Assembly: GCA_965203355.1 (NCBI GenBank)
Contig: OZ241889.1
Span: 3,200,001 to 3,264,000, forward strand
DNA: 64,000 nt
Reading direction: 5' to 3'
From: Candidatus Latescibacterota bacterium
Lineage (GTDB): Bacteria; Latescibacterota; UBA2968; UBA8231
Under the pieces are notes generated by a model. The model ran no database searches, had not been told where the DNA came from, and saw only the letters and a program-made list of their open reading frames with translations. Positions within the stretch are counted from its first letter, which is position 1; each line of letters starts with the position of its first letter. Below, one piece after another: positions 38,881-48,715 of the stretch. Made by a program: the position numbers and the translations under genes.

Positions 38881-40067
38881 TAGGGCAACTCCTCGTTCCA
38901 GACATCCGCCACGATCAACAGCGCGTTGACCACGGGCCGTTCGCCCGTGGGATCAGAGGGCTTGTTGACCACCTGCTCGCTGACGACCATCGTCGTCGAG
39001 CCGCCGCCGTCGAGGTTCAGGCCCTGATAGGCATTGACCTTGGCCGGGGAAAATTCGGCCAAGCGCGTCCGCATAAACTCGGCTAGCTCGGGCAAACTCA
39101 TGCCAACGCTGTACCCTGGCTGCCGCCCATCGACCGCAATCAGAAAAAGCACCTGCTCGTCTTGAGAATACCCAATGGCCGTGCGCGGGTGCCGCTTGTC
39201 GGCAAAACGGCGGCTGAGCCGCTCTTGTTCCACTTCGATGGAAACTTCGCCATCGCGCAAGATGCGCGGCCCACCGCCAATGGCCTCCATCAGCTTGGCA
39301 TGGGCCGGCGACAGCCGACAAAATAGCTGCACGGTGTCGCCCAAGGCGATCCGCTCGGTCGCCTCGTACTCGGCACCAGCGGCCAACAGCCACTGGTCGC
39401 GCTGGAGGGAAAGCGGCCAAGCCTGCCGCCGGATTTGTTGGACCCAGACGGGAATCGTGTCGTTGGCGATCGAGGTGCGGCCCAATCCTTGCAGCAGGAA
39501 GCCCGTGCCCGCTTGCAGCGAATCCCCCTGCACCGGTGCGCGATCGTTGAACACGGACAGCTCCCCTAGCGCTGGCTTGCGGTTAAAACCCGCGATGGGC
39601 AACTGTTCGCCCTCGGCCGTCAACAGCCCCAATTCCATCTTGAATACTGCGATCAAGGGCTGGCCGGCCTCGGTAATGGCAAAGGCCGCGCGCCGCTGGG
39701 GGAGGCGGATGAGATGGCCGGATTCAATGTACAATCCGGCGGGTTGGCTGGATTCGCCGGGAAACAAAAAATCCCCATTTATGGCCGCTAAGGCACCAGC
39801 GGCCAAACTACTGGTCCTGCGCGCCTCTCCCCGCTTGGTGGTGCGCACTCGAATGCCCGCCGCCCAAGAGCGCGGCAAATCCACTTCCACCACATGGATC
39901 CGCCACGGCCCTTCGGGCACGTGAATCTCGTGATACACCACCCCGGGCGCTATTTCTTCGGTGTTTTCCTCGGCGCAACTCCAACTCAGGGACCACGCGA
40001 GCAGCGCGAGCAAGAGACGGGTAGAAGCCCTAGGCGATAGAGTCAAAAGTAGTGAACCTCGGAACAA
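38880..40067 (-). CDS. Phosphodiester glycosidase (NAGPA/DUF2233) family protein
   Basis: AAINGDF, GGGP.IL..G, RHPRTAIG, VDGRQ, LNLDGGGST and PSD..GERPV.NA motifs. Confidence 0.88.
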   Translation of the reverse strand: MFRGSLLLTLSPRASTRLLLALLAWSLSWSCAEENTEEIAPGVVYHEIHVPEGPWRIHVVEVDLPRSWAAGIRVRTTKRGEARRTSSLAAGALAAINGDFLFPGESSQPAGLYIESGHLIRLPQRRAAFAITEAGQPLIAVFKMELGLLTAEGEQLPIAGFNRKPALGELSVFNDRAPVQGDSLQAGTGFLLQGLGRTSIANDTIPVWVQQIRRQAWPLSLQRDQWLLAAGAEYEATERIALGDTVQLFCRLSPAHAKLMEAIGGGPRILRDGEVSIEVEQERLSRRFADKRHPRTAIGYSQDEQVLFLIAVDGRQPGYSVGMSLPELAEFMRTRLAEFSPAKVNAYQGLNLDGGGSTTMVVSEQVVNKPSDPTGERPVVNALLIVADVWNEELP

Positions 40068-40189
40068 GGAGACTGGTATCTCTCGCTAAAGAAGTACTCC
40101 TGCGCTCAAACCGTGTCAATCTTCTCTGGCGACTGGCAAGGCCGCCGATCAAGTCCTTTATTTAGAGAAAATAAAGAGGAAGGACGCCC

Positions 40190-41197
40190 ATGAAAGCCAT
40201 ACTCGTAGGGTTGGGCGGCAGAGGCCGCTATTGGCTTAGTCAGTGCCAACAGCAGGCCGGTGTCGAGGTAGCCGCTTGCGTCGAGCCTTTCGCGCCCAAC
40301 CGCCAGCGCGCGACCGCCGAACACGGCTTTGCTGCCGACCAGATATACGACGACCTCGGCCAAGCGCTCGACGCCGTGCAAGCCGACTTCGTGCTCGACG
40401 TAACTCCGCCCGCTATGCACGAAGCGATCGCCGTGCAAACCTTTGCCGCCGGCCTGCCCCTGCTTGGCGAAAAGCCCCTCAGCGACGATTTCCAAGCGGC
40501 CCGGCGCGTAGTGGAGGCTGGCACTCAAGCCAATGTAGCGCACATGATCACCCAGAATTACCGCTTCAACCCCCTGCCGCGCACGACGCGCCGCCTGCTG
40601 GCCGAGGACCGCATCGGCCCGGTTGGCCAGCTCGATGTCTCGCTCTATGTCAACTGGGCAGACTCGCCCGGCTCGCATTATGTCACCGAGCCGTATATGT
40701 TCCTCACCGACATGGGCATTCACCACTTTGACATGATGCGCTACACCCTCGGCCAAGACCCGGTGAGTGCCCACGCCCTCACTTGGAACCTCCCTTGGGG
40801 ATGGCACCAAGGCGACGCCGCCCAGCTAATCCTCTTCCGCTTTGCCAACGGCACAATCGCCACCCATCGCGGCCTGGGCTGCACGGTCGGCCACGTGCCA
40901 GCCGGGCACAACGGCGAGTGGCGCTACGAAGGCCCGCACGGCACCCTGACGTGGGAGGGCTTTGACTTGTACCACACCCACTCGCACCGCGCCGATCCCA
41001 AAATCAGGCGGCAACTCCCGCTTGACGACGACCGCAGCCCAGGCCAAAATCCCGTGCTGCGGGAATTCGTCGCCGCCCTGGAGGAAGGCCGGGTGCCCGA
41101 GTGCAACGCGGCCGACAACCTCAAGTCCATGGCCATGGTTTTCGCCGCCGTCCAAAGCGCGATGGAAGGACGCGAAGTAGCCCTTGCCGAGTTATAG
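40190..41197 (+). CDS. Gfo/Idh/MocA family oxidoreductase
   Basis: VGLGGRG, EKPLS, QNYRF and DMGIHHFD motifs. Confidence 0.9.
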   Translation: MKAILVGLGGRGRYWLSQCQQQAGVEVAACVEPFAPNRQRATAEHGFAADQIYDDLGQALDAVQADFVLDVTPPAMHEAIAVQTFAAGLPLLGEKPLSDDFQAARRVVEAGTQANVAHMITQNYRFNPLPRTTRRLLAEDRIGPVGQLDVSLYVNWADSPGSHYVTEPYMFLTDMGIHHFDMMRYTLGQDPVSAHALTWNLPWGWHQGDAAQLILFRFANGTIATHRGLGCTVGHVPAGHNGEWRYEGPHGTLTWEGFDLYHTHSHRADPKIRRQLPLDDDRSPGQNPVLREFVAALEEGRVPECNAADNLKSMAMVFAAVQSAMEGREVALAEL

Positions 41198-41240
41198 TTT
41201 GGTTCTTGCTCCATCCTGCTAACCCTTCTTTAATGGCCTT

Positions 41241-42620
41241 ATGACCCTGCATCTTTTTGACACCCATGCCCGCCAAGAGCGCCCTTTTGCGCCGCTCGCG
41301 CCGCCCCAAGTCCGCCTGTACGCCTGCGGCCCGACTGTGTATAACTACCAGCACATCGGCAACTTGCGCACCTATATCTTCGAGGACATCCTGCGGCGCA
41401 CCCTCGAATACAGCGGCTATGCGGTCCATCACGTCGTCAACATCACCGACGTGGGGCACCTGACCTCGGACGCGGACACCGGCGAGGACAAGATGGAAGC
41501 CGGCGCACAGCGCACCGGCCTGACGGCTTGGGAAATCGCCGAGCGTTACACCGCGGACTTCCAAGAAAAGCTCGACTGGCTCAACATCCGTGCGCCCCAT
41601 GTCTGGTGCCGGGCCACCGACCACATCGCCGAGCAGATTGCGGCCATCGCCGCCATCGAGGAAAAAGGCTATGCGTACCGCACGGACGACGGCCTGTACT
41701 TCGACACCTCGCGTCTGAGCGACTACGGCCACCTCGCCCGCCTCGACATCGCCGGCTTGCAAGGCGGCCAGCGCGTCGATCTGGGGCAGAAGCGCCGCGT
41801 CACAGACTTTGCACTGTGGAAGTTCAGCCCAGCCCAGCCAAAGCGGCAGATGGAGTGGGATAGCCCCTGGGGGCGCGGCTTTCCCGGCTGGCACATCGAA
41901 TGCACGGCGATGGCAGCCAAGTACTTGGGGCCGTACTTCGATATCCACTGCGGCGGCGAGGATCACATTCCGGTCCACCACACCAACGAGATCGCCCAAG
42001 CCCAAGCCTGTTACGACACGCGGCTGGCCGAATTCTGGCTGCACGGCGCGTTTTTACAGCTCGATGGCGAAAAGATGTCCAAATCGAGCGGCGATTTCCT
42101 GCGTCTTGAATCCCTCGTCGCCGCCGGCTACGACCCGCTCGCCTATCGCTTTTTTTGCCTCGGAGCGCGCTACCGCGCCAAGCTCTCCTTTAGCTGGGAG
42201 AGCCTGGCCAGCGCGGCCACGGCCTTCAACCGGCTGCGCGCCGCCGCCCACGCTTGGGGCGCACCGGCTGAACCCGACGACCGCTACGTGGCTGCGTTCA
42301 AGGAGCGCGTCGAGGACGACCTCAACATGCCGCGCGTCCTCGCCCTGTGCTGGGCGCTCGTGGCCGACGATCTCCCGGACGCCGCCAAAAAGGCCACGCT
42401 TTTGCACTTCGACCAAGTCATGGGCTTGGGGCTGGCCGATTGGACGCCACAAGAGGCGACCATACCCGACGCGATTGTTGCCCTCGCCGCCCAGCGGCAA
42501 CACGCCCGCGACGCCAAAGACTGGGCTACAGCCGATGCCCTGCGCGGCGAAATCACCGCGGCCGGCTACGAAATCGAAGACACCCCCCAAGGCCCCAACA
42601 TTCGCCCGCTCACAACCTAA
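41241..42620 (+). CDS. cysS: Cysteinyl-tRNA synthetase
   Basis: YACGPTVY, HIGN, NITDVGH, GFPGWHIEC, H.NE.AQ, KMSKS and ADALR motifs. Confidence 0.97.
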   Translation: MTLHLFDTHARQERPFAPLAPPQVRLYACGPTVYNYQHIGNLRTYIFEDILRRTLEYSGYAVHHVVNITDVGHLTSDADTGEDKMEAGAQRTGLTAWEIAERYTADFQEKLDWLNIRAPHVWCRATDHIAEQIAAIAAIEEKGYAYRTDDGLYFDTSRLSDYGHLARLDIAGLQGGQRVDLGQKRRVTDFALWKFSPAQPKRQMEWDSPWGRGFPGWHIECTAMAAKYLGPYFDIHCGGEDHIPVHHTNEIAQAQACYDTRLAEFWLHGAFLQLDGEKMSKSSGDFLRLESLVAAGYDPLAYRFFCLGARYRAKLSFSWESLASAATAFNRLRAAAHAWGAPAEPDDRYVAAFKERVEDDLNMPRVLALCWALVADDLPDAAKKATLLHFDQVMGLGLADWTPQEATIPDAIVALAAQRQHARDAKDWATADALRGEITAAGYEIEDTPQGPNIRPLTT

Positions 42621-42634
42621 CCGGACGGACGCGC

Positions 42635-44122
42635 ATGTCCCGCATTATCGTCGCCGAGTGCAAGCAAGAAATCTCCTCTTTCAACCCGGTCGTCGGCACG
42701 TACGACAACTTCTCCGTTCACCGCGGCCCGGACCTGCTCGCCTATCACCAAGGCCGCGAGACCGAGCTGTGCGGTGCTTTGCAGGTTTTCGCCGACAGCC
42801 ACTTTGACGTCGTACCGACCTATGGGGCTGTCGCCCCCTCGGCCGGGCCTTTAGACCAACCGGACTTTGACCGCCTGGCCGCCGAGTTGCTCGACGCGGT
42901 CACACCACACCTAGCCGACGCCGACGGCATGTACCTCTGTCTCCACGGCGCTATGGGCTGCACCCAAGAGTTGGACCCGGAGGGCTACTTGCTGCAAGCG
43001 ATTCGCCACCGCGCCGGCCCCAACTTCCCCATCGCGATCTCGCAAGACCTGCACGGCATCCTCACCCGCCGCATGTTGGAGCATTCAAACGGCCTCGCCA
43101 TGTACCACACCTATCCGCACGTTGATCTGGCCGACACCGGTCGCCGCGCCGCGTATTTGCTCCTCCAAGTCCTCGCTGGCGCGCAGCCCGTGGTGGCCCG
43201 CGTGCGGGTGCCCGCGCTCGTGCGCGGCAACGAGCTTATCACCGCCTCCGGCGTGTACGGCGAATCCATTCGCTATTGTCAAGCCTTAGAAGAGCAGCCC
43301 GACATTCTCGCGGCCGGTGTGATGATCGGCAATCCGTTCACCGACGTGCCCGAGTTGTGCTCCCAAGCCATCGTCGTCGCCGATGCCGACCCGGACCTCG
43401 CCCGCAGCGAGGCCCTGCACCTCGCCGCTGAATTCTGGGAGCACCGCGCCCGCATGCAGCCCGAGCTCGCGTCGGTCGAAGACGCCGTAGCCCAAGCCGC
43501 CCAATACAGCGGCCCGGTGCTTTTCACCGACGCGGCCGACGCCCCTTCTTCGGGTGCGACCGGCGACAGCAACGTGCTGCTCCAAGCCTTGCACACCAGT
43601 GGCTATGCCGGCCAAGTGCTCGCGCCGCTGGTGGATGCACCCGCCGCGTACATGGCCCACGACGCTGGACTCGGCGCGCACATTCGCGTGGTCTTGGGTG
43701 GCTCGCTCGACTCGCGCTTTGCTCCGCTCGAACTCGCGGTCGAAGTCTCCCAGCTCGGCGACGGCGAATATCTCGACGAATCTTGGAACACGCCCCAACG
43801 CGCCGGGCCTACGGCCGTGCTAAAAAGCGACAACCTCACCATCGTCTGCGTCAGCCGCTCCGTGCCTTTTATCGACCGCTCGGTCTTTATCGCCCACGAC
43901 ATAAACCCCAAGGACTACGACCTCATCGTCATCAAGTCGCCGCACTGCCAGTCGCACTTTTTTGACGAATGGGCCGAGAAAAACTTCAACGTCGATGCCC
44001 TTGGCTCAACCAGCGCGAACTTACCCACCCTCGGGCACCGCGTCTGCCAGCGGCCCATGTACCCCCTCGAACTCGACACCCCTTTTACCCCAGTCGCCGA
44101 AATGTTCGGCACGGGAGCCTAA
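42635..44122 (+). CDS. M81 family metallopeptidase (MlrC-like)
   Basis: QE..SFNP, LHGAM, DPEG, DLHG, Y.TYPHVD, D..D.P..G..GD and IVIKS motifs. Confidence 0.88.
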   Translation: MSRIIVAECKQEISSFNPVVGTYDNFSVHRGPDLLAYHQGRETELCGALQVFADSHFDVVPTYGAVAPSAGPLDQPDFDRLAAELLDAVTPHLADADGMYLCLHGAMGCTQELDPEGYLLQAIRHRAGPNFPIAISQDLHGILTRRMLEHSNGLAMYHTYPHVDLADTGRRAAYLLLQVLAGAQPVVARVRVPALVRGNELITASGVYGESIRYCQALEEQPDILAAGVMIGNPFTDVPELCSQAIVVADADPDLARSEALHLAAEFWEHRARMQPELASVEDAVAQAAQYSGPVLFTDAADAPSSGATGDSNVLLQALHTSGYAGQVLAPLVDAPAAYMAHDAGLGAHIRVVLGGSLDSRFAPLELAVEVSQLGDGEYLDESWNTPQRAGPTAVLKSDNLTIVCVSRSVPFIDRSVFIAHDINPKDYDLIVIKSPHCQSHFFDEWAEKNFNVDALGSTSANLPTLGHRVCQRPMYPLELDTPFTPVAEMFGTGA

Positions 44123-44127
44123 GCTTT

Positions 44128-44409
44128 ATGCCTGCCATCAAACAATCCGTCTGCTTCAATCCCTTCACCGGCAGCGGCCTCAGCCCGCGGGAACTCGTCG
44201 CGGCGGCCGCCCGCATCGGCTATCAATCCGTCGAGATGGCGGCCCGAGACCACTGGCCGCTGATCCAAGATCACGGCCTCGCCATCGCCATTGTCGCCGG
44301 CCACGCTTTGCGGACCGAGCTTTTGCAGGAGAAGGAGCGCGGCTTTTCGGGGGACGTTGGAATCGCCGCGGCACCCCTATCATCTATACGGCGGAATCGC
44401 TGTCGTTAG
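44128..44409 (+). pseudogene. Truncated hydroxypyruvate-isomerase-like gene (about 60 genuine codons)
   Basis: MPAIKQSVCF...AAARIGYQSVEM....WPLIQDHGL is a Hyi-type TIM-barrel N-terminus. It then runs out of frame into RES-domain DNA. Confidence 0.6.
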
Positions 44410-44747
44410 CCATGCTCGAAATCCTCGTCAACCTCGACTCTCCTGCAACCCTTGATCGATATATGAGCATTCCAGTCGAATTTGACGACAGCCTGTGCAA
44501 GGTGCTGTCTTTGGAAGCCTTGCCCGACAATTGGTCGCCCGATCCGGTGCCATCGAACGTTCAAGAGATAGGCTCTAGCTGGGCCTCTGCTCGTCAATCA
44601 GCCGTGCTCGTCGTTCCTAGTGCCGTCGTTCCACAGGAACACAATTTCCTCTTAAATCCACAGCATCCCGATTTCGCACAAATACGCATCGGCCCCTCCA
44701 CCGAATTCGATTTTGATCCGAGGCTAATTAAGGTACATTGCGGCTAA
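44304..44747 (+). pseudogene. RES-domain toxin (NAD+ phosphorylase family) lacking its N-terminus and antitoxin
   Basis: AF.GEGA...GGRWN..G...IYTAESLSLA.LE, VPSAVVP.E.N.LLNP.HPDF and FDPRL motifs. There is no start codon or RBS, and the first beta strand is missing. Confidence 0.75.
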
Positions 44748-44912
44748 TGCGGTCGAGTTTGCGGATTTCAAACTCTGGTCTGCCCGGAGATCGGAAAACA
44801 CGCTGTGCGCCGACTAACAACAGCCGCGTCCTACGGCGCAAAGGCGTATTAATTACTGCGAGGATCGGACCACCGCGCATCGCCCCTGCCCTCCCAACCG
44901 AAAGGACCTGCC

Positions 44913-47519
44913 ATGCGTAGCCTCTTCGTGCTGATCGGCATCTCGTTGATGATCGCTTGTGGAGAGCGCCAGCCACCCCCGCTCGCTCCAGCCGATTCAC
45001 ACCCAATTCAACGGGGCCAGATTGTAACAGCCGAGGGCGCGGCCGTGTCGGGCGCTCAGGTGGTTATCATAGACCCGGAGCGTCTCAAGGTCTTGGCGCG
45101 GGCGGCGGGGAATGCAAACGGGCACTTTGTCGTTTCCGTGCCCTATCGACCCAGCTACTATGTGGGCGTTACCGCGCCTTACATGCCAACGCACCTTGAC
45201 ACGGCGTTTGCTTTTACGGGCGACGTCATCACCGTCGATGGGTCGCTCGGTCGTATCGCGGGCAAGGCCGCACAAGCGGCGCGCCGGCTGGGCGACGTCA
45301 ACAACGATGCTAAAGTCGATATAGCGGATGCCCTGTTCGTGCTGCTCTATACCTTAGACCGCGCGTCTTTCGTCGCTCCCAATCAAGGCGACATTACTTT
45401 GGGGGATGTCAACCAGGATGGCGCGATAGACCAAGTAGATGTCCTGCTTATTATGACCTATATAATGAACCCGCTGGACCCGGCGTTGCCGGATGGAATC
45501 GGTTCAGTCCTTGAGACATCTGTTGAATCCGATCGAGAAGTGTTGCTCGCTTTCTATGAGGCAACGGGCGGCGACTGGGCGAATCGCACCCACTGGCGCA
45601 GCGACGTCCCGCTGAGCCAATGGCAGGGCGTTAGAACCGATGACCAAGGGCATGTCACTCGCTTGTACCTCAGCCATCGCGGGTTGACCGGAACAATTCC
45701 CGCTGCCTTGGGAAAACTCGAAAACCTGCAAACCCTAGACCTCGCCCACAACCAATTGACCGGCGAGATTCCCGAACAACTGGGACAACTCAAAAACCTG
45801 CGAGAGCTATACCTCGACGGCAACCAATTGACCGGAGAAATTCCCATCACTTTGGGACTACTCGAAAACCTGCAAATCCTATACCTACAAGAAAACAAAT
45901 TGACCGGAGAAATTCCTACCACTTTGGGACAACTCGAAAACCTGTTATACCTATACCTACAAGAAAACGAACTGACCGGAGAAATTCCTACCACTTTGGG
46001 ACAACTCGAAAACTTGCAAATCCTAGACTTACAAGAAAACAAGTTGACCGGAGAAATCCCCGTCGCCCTGGGACAACTCAAAAACCTGTTATACCTATAT
46101 CTACGAGAAAACGAACTGACCGGAGAAATCCCCGTCGCCCTGGGACAACTCGAAAACCTGCGAGAGCTGTACCTCGGCGGCAACGAACTGACCGGAGAAA
46201 TTCCCGTCGCCCTGGAACGACTCAAAAACCTGCAAACCCTAGACCTACGAGAAAACAAATTGACCGGAAAAATTCCCGTCGCCTTGGGACAACTCGAAAA
46301 CCTGCGAGAGCTATACCTCGCCGACAATCAATTGACCGGAGAAATTCCCGAACATTGGGGACACCTACAACACCTATACCTCGCTGGCAACCAATTGACC
46401 GGGTGTATCCCCTTCGCTTTGCGAGGGGTAGCGTACAATGACTTTGGCTCCTTAGGGCTGGACTCCTGTCCCCATCCCTCGTTTGAATCCTATTGGACGG
46501 CGTTGATCGCTTTCTATGAGGCGACCGGAGGCGACGGCTGGTGGAATCGCACCCACTGGCGCAGTGACGCCCCGCTAGGTGAATGGTACGGCGTGACCAT
46601 GGATAAACGAGAGGACATCACTGGCTTGGAACTATCCGACAACGGGTTGACCGGAGAAATTCCCAAAGAATTAGGGCAACTCGAAAACCTGCAAGTCCTA
46701 AGTCTCAGCCAAAACAAATTGACCGGCCAGATCTCCAAAGAATTGGGACAACTCGAAAGATTGGGAGCGCTATACCTGCAAGAAAACGAATTAACCGGGG
46801 AAATTCCAGAACAACTAGGACAACTCGAAAGATTGGGAGCACTATACCTGCAAGAAAACGAATTAACCGGAGAAATTCCAAAACAACTAGGATAACTCAA
46901 AAACCTACAACACTTACACTTACAAAAAAACAAATTGACCGGAGAAATTCCAGAACAACTAGGACAACTCGAAAATCTGCTATACCTATACTTACAAGAA
47001 AACGAATTAACCGGAGAAATTCCAAAAGAATTGGGACGACTCGAAAACCTGCAAGTCCTAAGCCTCAGCCAAAACGAACTAACCGGGGAAATTCCAAAAG
47101 AATTAGGTCAACTCGAAAACCTGCAAGTCCTAAGCCTCAGCCAAAACGAACTAACCGGAGAAATTCCAAAAGAAATGGGACAACTCGAAAACCTGCCATA
47201 CCTATACCTGCAAGAAAACGAACTGATCGGCCAGATCCCAAAAGAATTAGGACAACTCGAAAACCTGCTATACCTATACCTGCAAGAAAACAAATTGGCG
47301 GGCCAGATCCCAAAAGAATTAGGTCAACTCGAAAACCTGCAACTCCTAAACCTCAGCCAAAACAAATTGACCGGGGAAATTCCCAAACAACTGGAACGAC
47401 TCGAAAACCTGCGAGCACTATACCTCGCCGGCAACGAATTGACCGGGTGTATCCCCGCCGCTTTGCAAGCGATACCGAACAATGACTTAGACAAACTAGG
47501 GTTGGCCTTCTGCCAGTGA
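44913..47519 (+). pseudogene. Lipoprotein with dockerin-like domain and two plant-type LRR solenoids, interrupted by an in-frame TAA at 46893
   Basis: Lipobox LMIAC, duplicated GDVN.D..I...D dockerin motifs, LRRNT caps (L.AFYEATGG..W..RTHW.SD.PL..W.GV), and 11+12 repeats of 24 aa. ORFs 44913-46895 and 46935-47519 share a frame. Confidence 0.85.
45650..47455 (+). repeat. 72-bp coding tandem repeats (LRR units) in two blocks
   Basis: The recurring unit is TTGACCGGAGAAATTCC...GGACAACTCGAAAACCTG...AAC with 72-nt periodicity. Confidence 0.9.
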
Positions 47520-47563
47520 ACGTCGTTTGCGCTCCTTAGCCGACCTTATTTAGTATAAGAACC

Positions 47564-48538
47564 ATGTTCAAAGCACTCGTCTTACATGAGCACACTACGG
47601 CTGTCGAAAATCTCGACGAAAGCCGCCTGCCCGCCGGCGACATAGAAATAGCCGTGGCGTACTCCTCGCTCAACTACAAAGACGGAATGATCCTCAACGG
47701 CTTGGGCGGCTTGGTCAAAACCTATCCCCACGTCCCCGGCCTCGACCTCGCTGGCACCGTCGTTCACAGCCAGAGCGACTCGTTCCAGCCCGGCGACCAA
47801 GTTGTATGCACTGGCTGGCGCGTCGGCGAAATCCACTGGGGTGGCTACGCGCAAAAGGCGCGACTCAAAGCCGATTGGCTCGTCCCCCTACCCGCCGGCC
47901 TCACGTTGCGCACCGCCATGGGCTTGGGGGCGGCGGGCCTGACCACAGCTATCTCCCTCGAAGCCCTCGAAGCCCACGGGCTCGCGCCCGACAAAGGCGA
48001 AGTCCTGGTCACTGGCGCGGCCGGCGGCGTTGGTTCGCTCTCGGTTTTGCTGCTCTCCGCGTTGGGCTACCAAGTCGCCGCATCCACTGGCCGCCCCGAA
48101 CTCGCACCCTATCTAAAAGATCTCGGTGCTCAAACCATCATCCCGCGCCGCGAGCTCGCCGAGCCATCCAACAAACCCTTGGAAAGTGCGCGCTGGGCCG
48201 CCTGCATCGACTCGGTCGGCGGCACCGCGCTAGCCCGCGTCTTGGCCCAGATGAACTACGGAGCCTCGGTCGCCGCGGTGGGCTTAGCCGGCGGCGCCCA
48301 ACTCACAACCACCGTCATCCCCTTTTTGCTGCGCGGCGTCAACCTCCTCGGCATCGACTCGGTATTCTACCCAGCCGAGCGCCGCGTTGCCGTTTGGACG
48401 CGCTTGGCCACGGAACTGCCCTTAGAAAAATTAGAGCGGATCTGCACGGAGGTCGGTTTAGCCGACATCCCCGGCCTCGGCAAGGACATCTTAGCCGGCA
48501 AAGTGCAAGGCCGCGTCATCGTCAACCCCAATCAGTGA
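47564..48538 (+). CDS. acuI: MDR family oxidoreductase, AcuI/YhdH (acryloyl-CoA reductase-like)
   Basis: YSSLNYKD, PG.DLAG, GGYAQ.AR, VLVTGAAGGVGS, TTV.PF.LRGVNLLGIDSV and G.VQGR motifs. Confidence 0.8.
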   Translation: MFKALVLHEHTTAVENLDESRLPAGDIEIAVAYSSLNYKDGMILNGLGGLVKTYPHVPGLDLAGTVVHSQSDSFQPGDQVVCTGWRVGEIHWGGYAQKARLKADWLVPLPAGLTLRTAMGLGAAGLTTAISLEALEAHGLAPDKGEVLVTGAAGGVGSLSVLLLSALGYQVAASTGRPELAPYLKDLGAQTIIPRRELAEPSNKPLESARWAACIDSVGGTALARVLAQMNYGASVAAVGLAGGAQLTTTVIPFLLRGVNLLGIDSVFYPAERRVAVWTRLATELPLEKLERICTEVGLADIPGLGKDILAGKVQGRVIVNPNQ

Positions 48539-48611
48539 AAGAAGTGGAACGAGGAGTGGTCAGTGGTCAGTGGTCATCGTCAACCTCAATCAGTGAAAGA
48601 AGTGGAACGAG
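48515..48611 (+). repeat. 39-bp direct repeat of the acuI 3' end flanking (AGTGGTC)x3
   Basis: 48515-48553 and 48573-48611 are identical at 38/39 nt. A heptamer triplet lies at 48555-48575. Confidence 0.9.
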
Positions 48612-48626
48612 AAGCGCGCTGAATAT

Positions 48627-48662
48627 GAAAAACCGCCGCTAACTTACGGCGTTAGCGGCGGT
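48627..48662. terminator. Intrinsic terminator-like hairpin (12-bp perfect stem)
   Basis: ACCGCCGCTAAC (48632-48643) pairs with GTTAGCGGCGGT (48651-48662) around a 7-nt loop. The U-tract is on the minus strand only. Confidence 0.65.
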
Positions 48663-48715
48663 CGATCTGCTGCCCTCGGTCCACATCCCCCTCCTGGCAG
48701 TTTCGTCGTCGTCTT

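Noticed and set aside
42347-44303. Extended starts for ORFs 42347..44122 and 43962..44747
   Set aside because: The extensions overlap cysS or the MlrC-like gene in other frames. Recognisable homology starts at 42635 and about 44304 respectively.
46893-46895. Stop-codon reassignment or readthrough
   Set aside because: TAA, TAG and TGA all terminate conserved genes here (gatB and cysS end in TAA), so a point mutation is simpler.
45650-47455. 72-bp periodic repeats as a CRISPR array or DGR variable region
   Set aside because: The repeats are in-frame LRR coding units with no unique spacers. There are no cas genes, reverse transcriptase or non-coding template repeat in the window.
48515-48611. 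39-bp direct repeat as a mini-CRISPR
   Set aside because: There are only two copies, one overlapping a CDS end. The spacer is a 19-nt microsatellite and the repeat is not palindromic.
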